Part shown: positions 53,095 through 63,884 of the stretch, in pieces | Layout of the letters: each line of letters opens with the position of its first letter | How positions within the stretch are numbered: the stretch's first letter is position 1 | Source of the DNA: Synechococcales cyanobacterium VAR_4_metabat_354 | Lineage (GTDB): Bacteria > Cyanobacteriota > Cyanobacteriia > Cyanobacteriales > Chamaesiphonaceae | Reading direction: 5' to 3' | Length of the DNA: 64,000 bases | NCBI GenBank assembly: GCA_031414775.1 | Contig: JANOQI010000036.1 | Span: 73,033 to 137,032, forward strand | Made by a program: the position numbers and the translations under genes | The notes under the pieces: generated by a model | The model's input: only the letters and a program-made list of their open reading frames with translations | Databases searched by the model: none | Told to the model about the DNA's origin: nothing

Positions 53095-54537
53095 ATGAGT
53101 TCTAGTAGCGTCACTAACCTCGTCAACCAGCCCTACAAATACGGCTTTGTCACCGATATTGAATCCGACAAAATCCCTCGGGGTTTAACGGAAGATACAG
53201 TTCGGCTAATTTCTGCCAAGAAAGAAGAGCCAGAATTCATGCTGAATTTCCGGCTGCGGGCTTTTCGCAAGTGGTTGACCATGACCGAACCAACTTGGCC
53301 GCATGTGGAATATCCGCCCATCAACTACCAAGATATTATTTATTATTCGGCTCCTAAGCAAGCCAAAAAGAAGCTAGACAGCTTGGATGAAGTCGATCCA
53401 ATCTTGCTAGAAACCTTTGAAAAACTGGGCATTTCCCTCAACGAACAAAAACGCCTAGCCAATGTGGCCGTCGATGCGGTGTTTGATAGCGTATCGATCG
53501 CTACCACCTTCAAAGACAAACTGGCCAAGGTCGGCGTGGTGTTCTGCTCTATCTCTGAAGCCCTGCACGACCATGCCGACATCATTGAAAAATATTTAGG
53601 CTCAGTGGTGCCGATCGGGGATAACTTCTTCGCCGCTCTCAACTCCGCCGTGTTTAGCGATGGCTCCTTCGTCTACATCCCAGAAGGCGTGAAATGCCCG
53701 ATGGATCTTTCAACTTATTTTCGGATTAATAGTGGTGACAGTGGTCAGTTTGAAAGAACGCTAATTATCGCTGAAAAAGGTGCCAGTGTCACCTATCTAG
53801 AAGGTTGTACTGCCCCAGCTTTTGATACTAATCAGCTTCATGCCGCCGTCGTGGAACTGGTCGTGCTCGACGATGCTGAAATCAAATATTCTACCGTTCA
53901 GAACTGGTTTGCCGGGGACGAAAACGGTAAGGGCGGAATTTACAACTTTGTGACCAAACGCGGTCTATGCAAAGGAGTGAACTCCAAAATTTCCTGGACA
54001 CAGGTGGAAACTGGCTCGGCGATTACCTGGAAATATCCTAGCTGTGTGCTGATTGGGGATAATTCGATCGGCGAATTCTACTCCGTAGCGCTCACCAACA
54101 ACTTGCAACAAGCCGATACCGGCACCAAGATGATCCATATTGGTAAAAATACCAAGAGCACGATTATCTCGAAAGGGATTTCGGCGGGTAGATCTAAAAA
54201 TAGTTATCGCGGTTTAGTGAAGATGAATCCCACGGCCAATGGGGCGCGGAACTATTCGCAGTGTGACTCAATGCTGATTGGCGATCGAGCGCAGGCTAAT
54301 ACTTTCCCTTATATTCAAGTCCAAAACCAGAGCGCCAAGGTGGAACACGAAGCCTCTACTTCCAAAATCGGTGAAGACCAACTGTTTTTCTTTGCCCAGC
54401 GCGGCATTTCCCAAGAAGACGCGATCTCGATGATGATCAGCGGTTTTTGTAAGGATGTGTTTAACCAACTGCCGATGGAATTTGCAGTGGAAGCCGATCG
54501 ACTGCTCAGCCTGAAACTAGAAGGCTCTGTGGGGTAA
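53095..54537 (+). CDS. sufB: Fe-S cluster assembly protein SufB
   Basis: [43 protein letters not shown]. Confidence 0.98.
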   Translation: MSSSSVTNLVNQPYKYGFVTDIESDKIPRGLTEDTVRLISAKKEEPEFMLNFRLRAFRKWLTMTEPTWPHVEYPPINYQDIIYYSAPKQAKKKLDSLDEVDPILLETFEKLGISLNEQKRLANVAVDAVFDSVSIATTFKDKLAKVGVVFCSISEALHDHADIIEKYLGSVVPIGDNFFAALNSAVFSDGSFVYIPEGVKCPMDLSTYFRINSGDSGQFERTLIIAEKGASVTYLEGCTAPAFDTNQLHAAVVELVVLDDAEIKYSTVQNWFAGDENGKGGIYNFVTKRGLCKGVNSKISWTQVETGSAITWKYPSCVLIGDNSIGEFYSVALTNNLQQADTGTKMIHIGKNTKSTIISKGISAGRSKNSYRGLVKMNPTANGARNYSQCDSMLIGDRAQANTFPYIQVQNQSAKVEHEASTSKIGEDQLFFFAQRGISQEDAISMMISGFCKDVFNQLPMEFAVEADRLLSLKLEGSVG

Positions 54538-54563
54538 TATTTATAAAATATTAGGGTTATGTT

Positions 54564-55733
54564 ATGAGTATGATTTCAGAAGAAATGCTGGTATCTAAAG
54601 ACCCGTTCTCTACAGACGCTGAATTGCTAGAGGAGCAATTTGAGCCTGAAGATGATACGGAGGAAGAACTTCCCCAGCTAGATACTGATGTAAAAGATCG
54701 TAGATTAGTAACTCACCCATATGATTTCATTATCAGATCTTTGAAAGATCAAGTTAATGATGGCACATTAATCCTCGCGGATAAATTCCAGCGCCGTAGA
54801 GTTTGGGATGATGCTCGATCTAGTAGATTAATTGAGTCACTATTGATAAATGTACCAATTCCAGTATGCTATTTTGCTGAGGTTGATGATGCCTACAGTG
54901 TAATTGATGGTCAGCAACGGCTTACTGCTATTTATCGTTATATTAATAATGAGTTCAGCTTAAGTTCACTGAGAATTAGATCAGAATTGAACAAAAAAAG
55001 ATTTCATGAACTTGGAGTAGCAGATAAAAGAACTATCCAGCAAAGATCTATTCGCTGCATTGTAATATTACAAGAATCTGACCCAGACATCCGGTTTGAT
55101 GTCTTTGATAGGCTCAATTCAACATCAGTAAAGCTAAATGCACAAGAACTGAGAAATAGTCTTTATAGAGGAGCTTTCAATGAATTGATCATAAATCTAT
55201 CTGAAAATTCTATGTTCCAGAAAATACGTAGAGTAAAGGATGTTGATAAACGTATGCTAGATTGTGAAATGGTTTTAAGGTTTTTTGCTTTTCACTTCCA
55301 ACCAGAAGAATATCGAGGTGTTTTATCAAAATTTTTAGATGACTACTTAAGTGAAAGACAAAAGCCTAGCCAGCAGGATATTATCAAGCACAAAGAAGTT
55401 TTCTCAAGAGTTGTTGATGATGTTAATTATGTATTTGCTGAAAATAGCTTTCGTAGATACAATGCTGAAAAAGCTGCATGGGATAAAGTTATTAACAAGT
55501 CAATTTATGATATTGTCATGCTCTACTTTGCAAAGATAGATTCAAAAATAATTAGGTTAAGAAAACAAGAAATTATCACAGCACTTCAAGATCTATGTTC
55601 TGATATTGAATTCAAGGATTCAATCAGTGGAGCGACTTCGGCAACAATTCGGATTCAAACCCGATTAGATAAATGGTACAAGTCCTTATCTTCACTGGGA
55701 ATTGAAGTTGAACGGATTCATGTGGGGTCGTAG
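54564..55733 (+). CDS. DUF262 (GmrS/ParB-like) domain protein
   Basis: FQRRRVW, SRLIESLL.N.P.P, VIDGQQRLT, FDRLN..LNAQELRN. Confidence 0.88.
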   Translation: MSMISEEMLVSKDPFSTDAELLEEQFEPEDDTEEELPQLDTDVKDRRLVTHPYDFIIRSLKDQVNDGTLILADKFQRRRVWDDARSSRLIESLLINVPIPVCYFAEVDDAYSVIDGQQRLTAIYRYINNEFSLSSLRIRSELNKKRFHELGVADKRTIQQRSIRCIVILQESDPDIRFDVFDRLNSTSVKLNAQELRNSLYRGAFNELIINLSENSMFQKIRRVKDVDKRMLDCEMVLRFFAFHFQPEEYRGVLSKFLDDYLSERQKPSQQDIIKHKEVFSRVVDDVNYVFAENSFRRYNAEKAAWDKVINKSIYDIVMLYFAKIDSKIIRLRKQEIITALQDLCSDIEFKDSISGATSATIRIQTRLDKWYKSLSSLGIEVERIHVGS

Positions 55734-56434
55734 TGGGTGAATTTAGGTCGCCAGCTCTCAGGAATTTCTGGATAAATCTAAAAGAAGTTGGAACAATCAT
55801 GTCACTATTTGAAGTTAATGAAACGGCTGTTAAGAAAAAGCCTATTAATGAGAGTCTATCTAGGGCTGCATTGTTACTTTTATGTAGTCATGTTGAAAGC
55901 TTTTTCGAGAGCTTGATTGTAGATATTTTGGCATTTCACGAATTTAATCAGACTCCTATCAATCAACTACCAGAAAAACTGAGAGTCACTCAAATACTGC
56001 GATCAAATGAACTATTAAATAAGGCTTATTCTGGTAATAAGTGGAAGTTAATAAATAAAATTCGTGATAGTAAATTTGTTAACGATCAGGAAAAATGTAT
56101 TCCTGGAGACTTTGACTCAGAACTTTTCACCAAAGGATTTGCCTCCCCTGGTAGTAAGGAAATAAATAATCTATTCAAGGGTGTTGGTATAGAAAACGTC
56201 TGGAAATCTGATATTCAAGGTGATGGGGTAAAGCAGCTGGAGCGTTCCATAGATACTTTTGTTTCTAGGCGTAATGGGATAGCTCACGGTAGTTCTTCAG
56301 ATAAGCCAACACCTTTAGATATCAAGGGCTTTGTCAAAGATATTTGCAAATTAGTGAGGTACTTCAATAGAATCGTTGTTGAATATCTGATTCGCGAATT
56401 CAGCCCTCCATCTCTTTGGGGGATTGCCTGTTAA
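55733..56434 (+). CDS. HEPN-domain nuclease (RiboL-PSP / MAE_28990-like)
   Basis: LLLLCSHVESFF helix and RNGIAH (R-X4-H) motif. Confidence 0.8.
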   Translation: MGEFRSPALRNFWINLKEVGTIMSLFEVNETAVKKKPINESLSRAALLLLCSHVESFFESLIVDILAFHEFNQTPINQLPEKLRVTQILRSNELLNKAYSGNKWKLINKIRDSKFVNDQEKCIPGDFDSELFTKGFASPGSKEINNLFKGVGIENVWKSDIQGDGVKQLERSIDTFVSRRNGIAHGSSSDKPTPLDIKGFVKDICKLVRYFNRIVVEYLIREFSPPSLWGIAC

Positions 56435-56485
56435 AACAGAAACGCACAATTATATAGATTTAATAAATAATCAACAGCTTATAAA

Positions 56486-57040
56486 ATGACCACTATATCT
56501 ACTAAACCACTTATTTTGGATGAATTCCTGGCTCTGCCAGAAATAAAGCCTGCGCATGAATATATGGCGGGAGAAGTCATTCAAAAACCAATGCCGCAAG
56601 GTAAACATAGTCTGCTCAGGACAAAATTAATCACGGCAATCAGCCAGTCTCAAGTAATGCTTGCTTTTCCAGAATTGCGATGTAATTTTGATGGCCACTC
56701 GATTGTGCCGGATATCTCTGTTTTTGAACAGAAAAATATTCCGCATGATCAGCAAGGCGAAGTTGCCAATATTTTTAATCTTGCACCAGATTGGATGATC
56801 GAAATTCTGTCACCTGATCAAAGTGCTACCAAGGTAATTAAAAAAATTCTTCATTGCCTCCAAAATGTTACAGAGGTGGGCTGGTTAATTAACCCAGCAG
56901 AGAAATCTATCTTCATTTATCACTCCGAAAAACAGGTGGAAGTAGTAGATAAGGTGGAGCAGGAATTGCTAGTTCCTCGTTTTGCGGAGTCGGTAAAGCT
57001 CACAGCTGGTGATATATTTAGCTGGCTGAAGCTAGATTGA
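56486..57040 (+). CDS. Uma2 (DUF820) family endonuclease
   Basis: KPAHEY..QKPMPQGKHS, FPELRC, VPDI, APDWMIEILSPDQ. Confidence 0.9.
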   Translation: MTTISTKPLILDEFLALPEIKPAHEYMAGEVIQKPMPQGKHSLLRTKLITAISQSQVMLAFPELRCNFDGHSIVPDISVFEQKNIPHDQQGEVANIFNLAPDWMIEILSPDQSATKVIKKILHCLQNVTEVGWLINPAEKSIFIYHSEKQVEVVDKVEQELLVPRFAESVKLTAGDIFSWLKLD

Positions 57041-57110
57041 GCCTATTAATTTCCAGCTTTTCTGTCATCCTTACTAAAAAATCTCAATCAACATTAATAA
57101 ACTCTAAATT

Positions 57111-57884
57111 ATGATTAATCCTAATAGCCCTACTATTCTTTCTGTTAAAAACCTGACTGCCAATGTAGATGGTACCCCGATTCTCAAAGGCTTCAATCTA
57201 GAAATGAAAGCAGGCGAAATCCATGCCATTATGGGTCCAAATGGCTCCGGGAAAAGCACTTTTTCTAAAGTATTAGCAGGGCATCCTGCCTACACCGTAA
57301 CTGGTGGTGAGATCATCTTTCAAGGTCAAAATCTTTTAAATCTAGAACCAGAAGACCGCGCTAGGTCAGGTGTATTTCTGGCTTTTCAATACCCCCTGGA
57401 GATCCCCGGTGTAAGCAACCTAGACTTTCTACGAGTAGCTTATAACTCCCGCCAAAAACACTTAGGTAAAGAAGAATTAGACGCTTTCGACTTTGACGAT
57501 TTAGTACAGCAGCGCTTAGATATCGTCAAAATGGATCCAGCCTTCCTCGGTCGCAGCGTCAATGAAGGCTTCTCTGGCGGAGAAAAGAAACGCAATGAAA
57601 TTCTACAAATGGCTCTACTGGAGCCAACGTTAGCCATCTTAGATGAAACAGATTCTGGCTTAGATATTGATGCTCTCAAAATCGTAGCCAACGGCGTAAA
57701 TCAACTGGCTAACGCCAACAACTGTATGCTGGTCATCACCCACTATCAACGGCTCTTAGACTACATCGTCCCCGACTTTGTACATGTAATGGCCAAAGGA
57801 CAAATCGCCACTAGCGGCGGCAAAGAATTAGCACTAGAACTAGAGGCCAAAGGCTACGACTGGATCGATGAAGTAGCTGCTTAA
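57111..57884 (+). CDS. sufC: Fe-S cluster assembly ATPase SufC
   Basis: [36 protein letters not shown]. Confidence 0.98.
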   Translation: MINPNSPTILSVKNLTANVDGTPILKGFNLEMKAGEIHAIMGPNGSGKSTFSKVLAGHPAYTVTGGEIIFQGQNLLNLEPEDRARSGVFLAFQYPLEIPGVSNLDFLRVAYNSRQKHLGKEELDAFDFDDLVQQRLDIVKMDPAFLGRSVNEGFSGGEKKRNEILQMALLEPTLAILDETDSGLDIDALKIVANGVNQLANANNCMLVITHYQRLLDYIVPDFVHVMAKGQIATSGGKELALELEAKGYDWIDEVAA

Positions 57885-58103
57885 TTGAATTAACCGAAAT
57901 TCTTGTTTGTCATCATGACTACTACAAGAAACCAATACTTTTCTACAGGCTATCTGCATCAAGCTTGTAGAAATTCAACCCGCAGGGTTGTAGCCATCAA
58001 CTCAAAACAATCGACCCGTATGTAGGGGAGTTTGAGGGGACGGAATGCCTTTCCTCAAATGGGGGTTCCATCAATCAATACCCAATCTAGACAACCAAAA
58101 GCC

Positions 58104-59402
58104 ATGACCCAATCCACCATCAATAACCGCGACACCTACCTAACCCAACTCCTCACCACCGTAAAAACCAACACTCCAGCCCCCACCTGGCTCCAAACCC
58201 TACACAACCAAGCCACCGCCTTCCTGCAAGAAGAAACCATCCCCAGCAGCAAAGACGAGGAATGGCGCTTTACCAACCTCAATGGACTACTCGAATACCA
58301 ATTCATCACTGCCAGCGATCAACAACAACCCATAGACATCGACAGCTTCAACCTTCCCGAAGCTAAACAGCGCCTAGTATTTATCAACGGTACTTATAGT
58401 AGTGATTTTTCCCAAATCACCACCCCCACCGGTCTATTTGTAGGCGAGTTAGCAGCAGCGATCGATCGAAACTTACCCATCGAAAACTATCTCGGCAAAC
58501 AACCCGGTGGTGAAGAAGTCTTCACCGCCCTCAACACCACTGGCATCCAAGATGCGGCGATAGTTTGGGCCGCAGCCAATAGCATTAATACCGCTCCAAT
58601 ACATATTCTATTTATCGCCACCAGTGACCAACCCCTAGCGATCCAGCCCCGAGTTTTGATAATAGCCGATCGCAGCAGCCAACTAACCATCGTCGAAGAA
58701 TATCGCCACACCTTACTGCCCAATAGTTGCCAGTTCATTAACGCTGTCACCGAAGTCTTCGTCGCTGAAAATGCCCAGGTCACTCACGTCCACATTCAAG
58801 ACGAAGAAAAGCAAGCCTTCCACATCGGTAAAACCGCTGTTTCTCAGGCTCAAGACAGCCAATATCATGGATACTCCATTAGCTTAGGCAGCCACCTATC
58901 CCGCCATAACTGGGAAGTTTTTCAAGGCGGTAAACAGACCACTACTATCCTCAATGGACTAGCGATGATTGGAGATACTCAGGTCGCTGACACCCATAGT
59001 AAAATTGCTCTAAATCATCCCCACGGCCAAACTAATCAACTCCATAAGTGTGTAGTGAATGGTAAAGCGCACGGTATTTTCAACGGTAAAGTGCTGGTGC
59101 CCCAAGCCGCCCAGCAAACTAACGCCAATCAATTGAGCCGCACCCTACTGCTATCACCCCAGGCGCGGATTGATACCAAGCCCCAGCTCGAAATCACTGC
59201 CGATGACGTGAAATGCTCCCACGGTGCCACCATCAGTCAACTCTCTGATGATGAATTATTTTATCTGCAAAGTCGCGGTCTCGACCCGGCTACTTCTCGC
59301 ACACTCTTAATCAATGCCTTTGCGATCGAAGTAATCGAATCAGTTCCAGTCGCTTCAGTACGCGATCGGTTGAAATCAGCAGTAAAGAGTTTCCAGTTGT
59401 AA
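58104..59402 (+). CDS. sufD: Fe-S cluster assembly protein SufD
   Basis: EEWRFT, IDTKPQLEITADDVKCSHGAT, FYLQSRG; ATG 58104 preferred. Confidence 0.95.
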   Translation: MTQSTINNRDTYLTQLLTTVKTNTPAPTWLQTLHNQATAFLQEETIPSSKDEEWRFTNLNGLLEYQFITASDQQQPIDIDSFNLPEAKQRLVFINGTYSSDFSQITTPTGLFVGELAAAIDRNLPIENYLGKQPGGEEVFTALNTTGIQDAAIVWAAANSINTAPIHILFIATSDQPLAIQPRVLIIADRSSQLTIVEEYRHTLLPNSCQFINAVTEVFVAENAQVTHVHIQDEEKQAFHIGKTAVSQAQDSQYHGYSISLGSHLSRHNWEVFQGGKQTTTILNGLAMIGDTQVADTHSKIALNHPHGQTNQLHKCVVNGKAHGIFNGKVLVPQAAQQTNANQLSRTLLLSPQARIDTKPQLEITADDVKCSHGATISQLSDDELFYLQSRGLDPATSRTLLINAFAIEVIESVPVASVRDRLKSAVKSFQL

Positions 59403-59434
59403 TTTAGTTTTCCTCAACCTCCCCACCCACCATC

Positions 59435-60679
59435 ATGACTACCCAAACCCTCTCCCTTGGCCATAAAGTCCGCGCCGACTTCCCAATTCTCCACCAAACC
59501 ATTCATGATCAGCCCCTCGTTTATCTAGACAGCGCCGCTACCTCCCAAAAACCCCAAGTAGTGATCGATGCTTTAGTTGATTACTACAGCCACTATAATT
59601 CTAACGTCCATCGTGGTGTTCATACCCTGAGCGGTAGAGCCACTGACGCTTACGAAGCCGCCCGTCACAAAGTTCAAAAATTCATTAACGCTGCCGACGA
59701 GCGCGAGATTGTTTATACCCGCAACGCCACGGAAGCCATCAACATTGTCGCTTATAGTTGGGGTCTAGCCAACTTGCAAGCGGGCGATGAAATCATTCTG
59801 ACCGTCGCCGAACACCACAGCAATCTGGTACCATGGCAACTCATCTCCCAAAAAACTGGCGCTGTCTTAAAATTTGTCGGACTCGGTGCCGATGAAGGTT
59901 TTGACATGGTGCAATACCAAGCACTGCTTTCCACTAAAACTAAGCTAGTCTCCGTTGTTCATGTTTCCAACACCCTCGGCAGCGTCAACCCAGTTAAAGA
60001 AATCACCACTCTCGCTCATGCTCAAGGAGCCAAAGTCTTAATCGATGCCTGCCAAAGCGCTCCCCATATGCCTCTGGATGTGCAAGATTTGGACTGCGAC
60101 TGGTTGGTTGCCTCTGGTCACAAAATGTGCGCCCCCACTGGCATCGGCTTTCTTTATGGCAAGCTAGAGTTACTGCGATCGATGCCGCCCTTCTTTGGTG
60201 GTGGTGAAATGATTGCTGATGTTTTTCTGGATCACTCGACCTACGCCGACTTGCCTCACAAATTTGAAGCCGGTACCCCAGCCATTGGCGAAGCAATCGC
60301 CCTCGGTGCGGCGATCGACTATCTCACCAACATTGGCATGGATAAAATCCATGCCTACGAACAAGAGCTTTCGGCATATCTCTATCAACAGCTCAGTCAA
60401 ATTCCCGAATTACGGATCTACGGTCCAAAAACTCATCGCGCTGCGCTGGCGGCTTTCACCGCAGGCGAAGTTCATCCGCATGATCTATCAACGCTGTTGG
60501 ATCAAGCTGGCGTAGCCGTGCGAGCGGGTCATCATTGCACACAACCACTACACCGGGAGTTGAAAGCCCAATCTACTGCCCGGGCTAGTCTTTATTTCTA
60601 TAACACCACCGAAGAAATTGATGTGTTTATTGCGGCTTTGAAAGAATCGATCGAATTCTTTGCCGGGATTTTTGGGTGA
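59435..60679 (+). CDS. sufS: Cysteine desulfurase SufS
   Basis: [28 protein letters not shown]. Confidence 0.97.
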   Translation: MTTQTLSLGHKVRADFPILHQTIHDQPLVYLDSAATSQKPQVVIDALVDYYSHYNSNVHRGVHTLSGRATDAYEAARHKVQKFINAADEREIVYTRNATEAINIVAYSWGLANLQAGDEIILTVAEHHSNLVPWQLISQKTGAVLKFVGLGADEGFDMVQYQALLSTKTKLVSVVHVSNTLGSVNPVKEITTLAHAQGAKVLIDACQSAPHMPLDVQDLDCDWLVASGHKMCAPTGIGFLYGKLELLRSMPPFFGGGEMIADVFLDHSTYADLPHKFEAGTPAIGEAIALGAAIDYLTNIGMDKIHAYEQELSAYLYQQLSQIPELRIYGPKTHRAALAAFTAGEVHPHDLSTLLDQAGVAVRAGHHCTQPLHRELKAQSTARASLYFYNTTEEIDVFIAALKESIEFFAGIFG

Positions 60680-60743
60680 GGTTTGTAGCTGATCTCGTCA
60701 GCTGATTTAGATCGATCACCATCACCAAGCGGCAGTTAATAAT

Positions 60744-60914
60744 CTAAATTTTGAATAACTTATTTTGTTGATGCCAATTACAGGTGCAATGAGCAGCCAC
60801 TAATCTTTCGTCTCGATCGATCTTCGCAGTCGGTTCATAGGTTCGATTTTCTTGCCGGACTGTTCCTGCTAGATGCAAAGTTCCAGCGGTATCAATGCTT
60901 GAATCACTAACCTG
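60744..60914 (-). pseudogene. Fragment of a SWIM zinc-finger protein gene
   Basis: Reads ..IDRDERLVAAHCTCNWHQQNKLFKI*; stops before the second CxH; no start, abuts the MITE. Confidence 0.6.
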
Positions 60915-61026
60915 GGCGTTGCTGATTTATAGTATGAAAACCCAATTTATCAAAAATGAAAACCAGATTCAGTAAAGCTTCTGTATTTCCGATTCATTCG
61001 CTTTCATATCTCGATTCAGCAACGCC
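60915..61026. mobile_element. MITE-like element (112 bp)
   Basis: Terminal inverted repeats GGCGTTGCTGA-N7-TATGAAA at both ends. Confidence 0.75.
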
Positions 61027-61160
61027 GCAATTCCTTTATGATTAAAGTTGATGGTTGCCGCTCAGTTGAACCATCCTACTTCTTTGAGTCGCAGCTTTCA
61101 AGTGAATTGTTAAGGTTTCGATATTAGATTGAGAATAAACATGCAATACCTGCACACTCT

Positions 61161-62444
61161 ATGCAATCTTTACAGCAACTCCTTGATTTAGACCGTCTGC
61201 ACGTTTGGCATCCCTACGCATCCCTACCAAATGATTTACCAGTCTTTCCAGTAGAATCCGCGCGGGGCGTAAAAATTCAATTGATGGATGGTCGATCGCT
61301 CATTGATGGGATCTCGTCTTGGTGGACTTGTATTCATGGATATAATCACCCCCGCTTAAATCAAGCGGCTCATGCCCAAATCGATCGCATGTCCCATGTC
61401 ATGTTCGGCGGGTTGACACACCAGCCAGCCGTAGAGTTGAGCATGAAATTGATTGCTATGACTCCTGCCGCACTCCAGCAGGTCTTTTTCTGCGATTCTG
61501 GCTCAGTCGCAGTCGAGGTCGCCATGAAAATGGCGGTGCAGTATTGGCATAATTGTGGTTTGCCTCAGAAGCAAGGGTTTCTCACGATTCGCAATGGATA
61601 TCATGGAGACACCTTTGCAGCAATGTCGGTGTGCGATCCAGAAAATGGAATGCACCATCTGTTCCGCAAGATTGTGACCCAGCAATATTTTGCCGAATCA
61701 CCTTGTATCAGATTCGATCAAGACTGGCAAGCGCAGGATATTGAAAGTTTTGCAGCATTGCTCGCCGAACACCACGATCGCATTGCAGCAGCGATTTTCG
61801 AGCCAGTGGTGCAAAATGCTGGGGGGATGCGCTTTTATCATCCAGACTACGTGCGACAAGCCAAGGCATTATGTGAAAAATATAACGTCTTGCTGATTCT
61901 AGATGAGATTGCCACGGGTTTTGGTCGAACGGGCAAGATGTTTGCATATGAACATGCGGAGATTTGTCCAGACATCTTATGCGTAGGGAAGGCGCTGTCT
62001 GGAGGATTTATGTCTCTTGCTGCAACTTTGACAACGCGGGAGATTAGCGAAACGTTTGCTGCCGGTGAAGCAGGCGTATTTATGCACGGTCCAACATTTA
62101 TGGCAAATCCCTTGGCGTGTGCGGTGTCACTAGAAAACTTAGCCTTACTCGAAAGTTATGATTGGCAATCCAAGATTCAATCCATTGAATCTCAGCTTAA
62201 AACAGAGTTGGAACCATGCCGGAGTTTGGCAGCCGTTAAGGATGTGCGGGTGTTGGGTGCGATCGGAGTAGTAGAGTTGCATCATCCGGTGAATATGAAA
62301 ACGATTCAACTGCGTTTTGTGGAGGAAGGAGTTTGGTTGCGCCCGTTTGGGCGACTGATCTATACGATGCCGCCGTATATTATTCAATCCTCAGAACTCA
62401 AAGCAGTGACAAGTGCTATTTATAAGATTGTCGCTGAGATTTAG
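61161..62444 (+). CDS. bioA: Adenosylmethionine-8-amino-7-oxononanoate transaminase
   Basis: VWHPY, DGISSWW, DSGSVAVEVAMKMA, GYHGDT, DEIATGFGRTG, GKALSGG, HGPTFMANP. Confidence 0.95.
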   Translation: MQSLQQLLDLDRLHVWHPYASLPNDLPVFPVESARGVKIQLMDGRSLIDGISSWWTCIHGYNHPRLNQAAHAQIDRMSHVMFGGLTHQPAVELSMKLIAMTPAALQQVFFCDSGSVAVEVAMKMAVQYWHNCGLPQKQGFLTIRNGYHGDTFAAMSVCDPENGMHHLFRKIVTQQYFAESPCIRFDQDWQAQDIESFAALLAEHHDRIAAAIFEPVVQNAGGMRFYHPDYVRQAKALCEKYNVLLILDEIATGFGRTGKMFAYEHAEICPDILCVGKALSGGFMSLAATLTTREISETFAAGEAGVFMHGPTFMANPLACAVSLENLALLESYDWQSKIQSIESQLKTELEPCRSLAAVKDVRVLGAIGVVELHHPVNMKTIQLRFVEEGVWLRPFGRLIYTMPPYIIQSSELKAVTSAIYKIVAEI

Positions 62445-62457
62445 GCAGAGTTTCACC

Positions 62458-62601
62458 TGACCTTGCCCCAATAATGTGGACATTCCCGAAGAGTTGAAAA
62501 CAAAGGAGAATATTCAAATGACACAAAAACCACGCAGGATATTTACAGACGAGCAGAAAGCTGAGGCAGTACGCATTGTCAATAAATCTGACAAATCAAT
62601 T
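62458..62601 (+). mobile_element. IS3-family left-end stub
   Basis: TG-initiated end TGACCTTGCCCC..GTGGACA, AGGAG RBS, ATG 62518 MTQKPRRIFTDEQKAEAVRIV (OrfA HTH start), then truncated. Confidence 0.7.
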
Positions 62602-62638
62602 CTGTTAGACTACACCGTTATTGGCGGGTCACGGGGGA

Positions 62639-63685
62639 CTAGGGTGCTGGGGGAACGGGTGGTGAAATTATTGCTGTTCGCACTGTTGATGCTTGGATAG
62701 GCACTCTTTCTGTTTCTATAGTTCGAGCTGTTGATAGTTGCATTGGGACTCTTCCTGTTTCTATACAACTCCAGATATGGTCAAATACAAGACCAGGATT
62801 ACCGCTGGGGTCGCCAGCAAAATAACCATGTCCAACTGGTGGATCGTAGATACTATTGACATCATCACAATCCAAGGCATAAACATTTTTGTCAACTTTA
62901 TCCATGTGTTCTGGACCAGTGTGTCCCAAACGCCGAGAAGCAATTTCACCTACATTAGCAACTTTGCTTGCTCTCATAGCTAGATCATCAGCAGCATAGT
63001 AGACGACCACGTTACGTGCGGCTGGAGAAATATATTTACCTTCTTGAGCAGGTTCTAGTGCTTCATTGACAATATCTGCTGCGGCCAGAAATATATTACG
63101 AAATGCCAATGGCATTCCTTGAGGCAAAAAATATTTAACAGTATTGGTAAAAGTTTCTCTTAGAACACGAGCACCCATCGAATGAGCAAGAATGTTAATC
63201 CGCTTAGTACAAGGATTATCTATAGTGCTGTTACCTTCTCTCCAAGCCAAGAACTTTTGGAATAATCGCGCAAAAGCAATACCACTATGATCTGCTGCTA
63301 TCTGATCATCAAAGTAGTTTTGCAACTGGCCAGCACCACCATCACATGGCCAAATGACTGGGACAACAAGAACATGGCCAAAAGTTTTTTGATCAAATAA
63401 TTGTTGTAATTTTTCTGCTCGTGGGAAAACAGCTGGCTCTGGTAAATTGGAATAGCCATGGACAAAGAGAAGGATTTCCTTTACGTTTGAATTCTTGAGT
63501 TCAGATAAAAATGTTTGACCACCAATTTCGGTGTAACTATCAGGATTATTTCGGCGGCAAAGATAAACTGATTGCTCTGCTTGATTATTACTCAAATCAA
63601 AGTTCACGGTTCTTGGTACCTGCGGGATGTCACCAACCATTGGAGTCTGACCTTCTTGCAGCACCCGATTTGTAATGAATAGCAT
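62639..63685 (-). CDS. Alpha/beta hydrolase (DUF900-like)
   Basis: MLFITNR, LLFVHGY, ILAHSMG nucleophile elbow, LAAAD. Confidence 0.85.
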   Translation of the reverse strand: MLFITNRVLQEGQTPMVGDIPQVPRTVNFDLSNNQAEQSVYLCRRNNPDSYTEIGGQTFLSELKNSNVKEILLFVHGYSNLPEPAVFPRAEKLQQLFDQKTFGHVLVVPVIWPCDGGAGQLQNYFDDQIAADHSGIAFARLFQKFLAWREGNSTIDNPCTKRINILAHSMGARVLRETFTNTVKYFLPQGMPLAFRNIFLAAADIVNEALEPAQEGKYISPAARNVVVYYAADDLAMRASKVANVGEIASRRLGHTGPEHMDKVDKNVYALDCDDVNSIYDPPVGHGYFAGDPSGNPGLVFDHIWSCIETGRVPMQLSTARTIETERVPIQASTVRTAIISPPVPPAP

Positions 63686-63884
63686 GAGAGCACCCAACTT
63701 CTAATACATCGGTGAATCAACATCATAATACCAAGAATGAATGGCTTCCTGTACTTTGCTTAAAGCTTATTCATGAACTATTAGATGGTGTCCCCATAAC
63801 GGCTATTGGTTGTTTGGGCTACAGACTACTGGGGAGCGTATGTTTTTAGGGTAAGGTCACGGCGGGGTTGGTGGAGTATAGCTA

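Noticed and set aside
62476..62700. 74-aa ORF as an intact gene
   Set aside because: IS3 OrfA stub reading into unrelated sequence antisense to the hydrolase.
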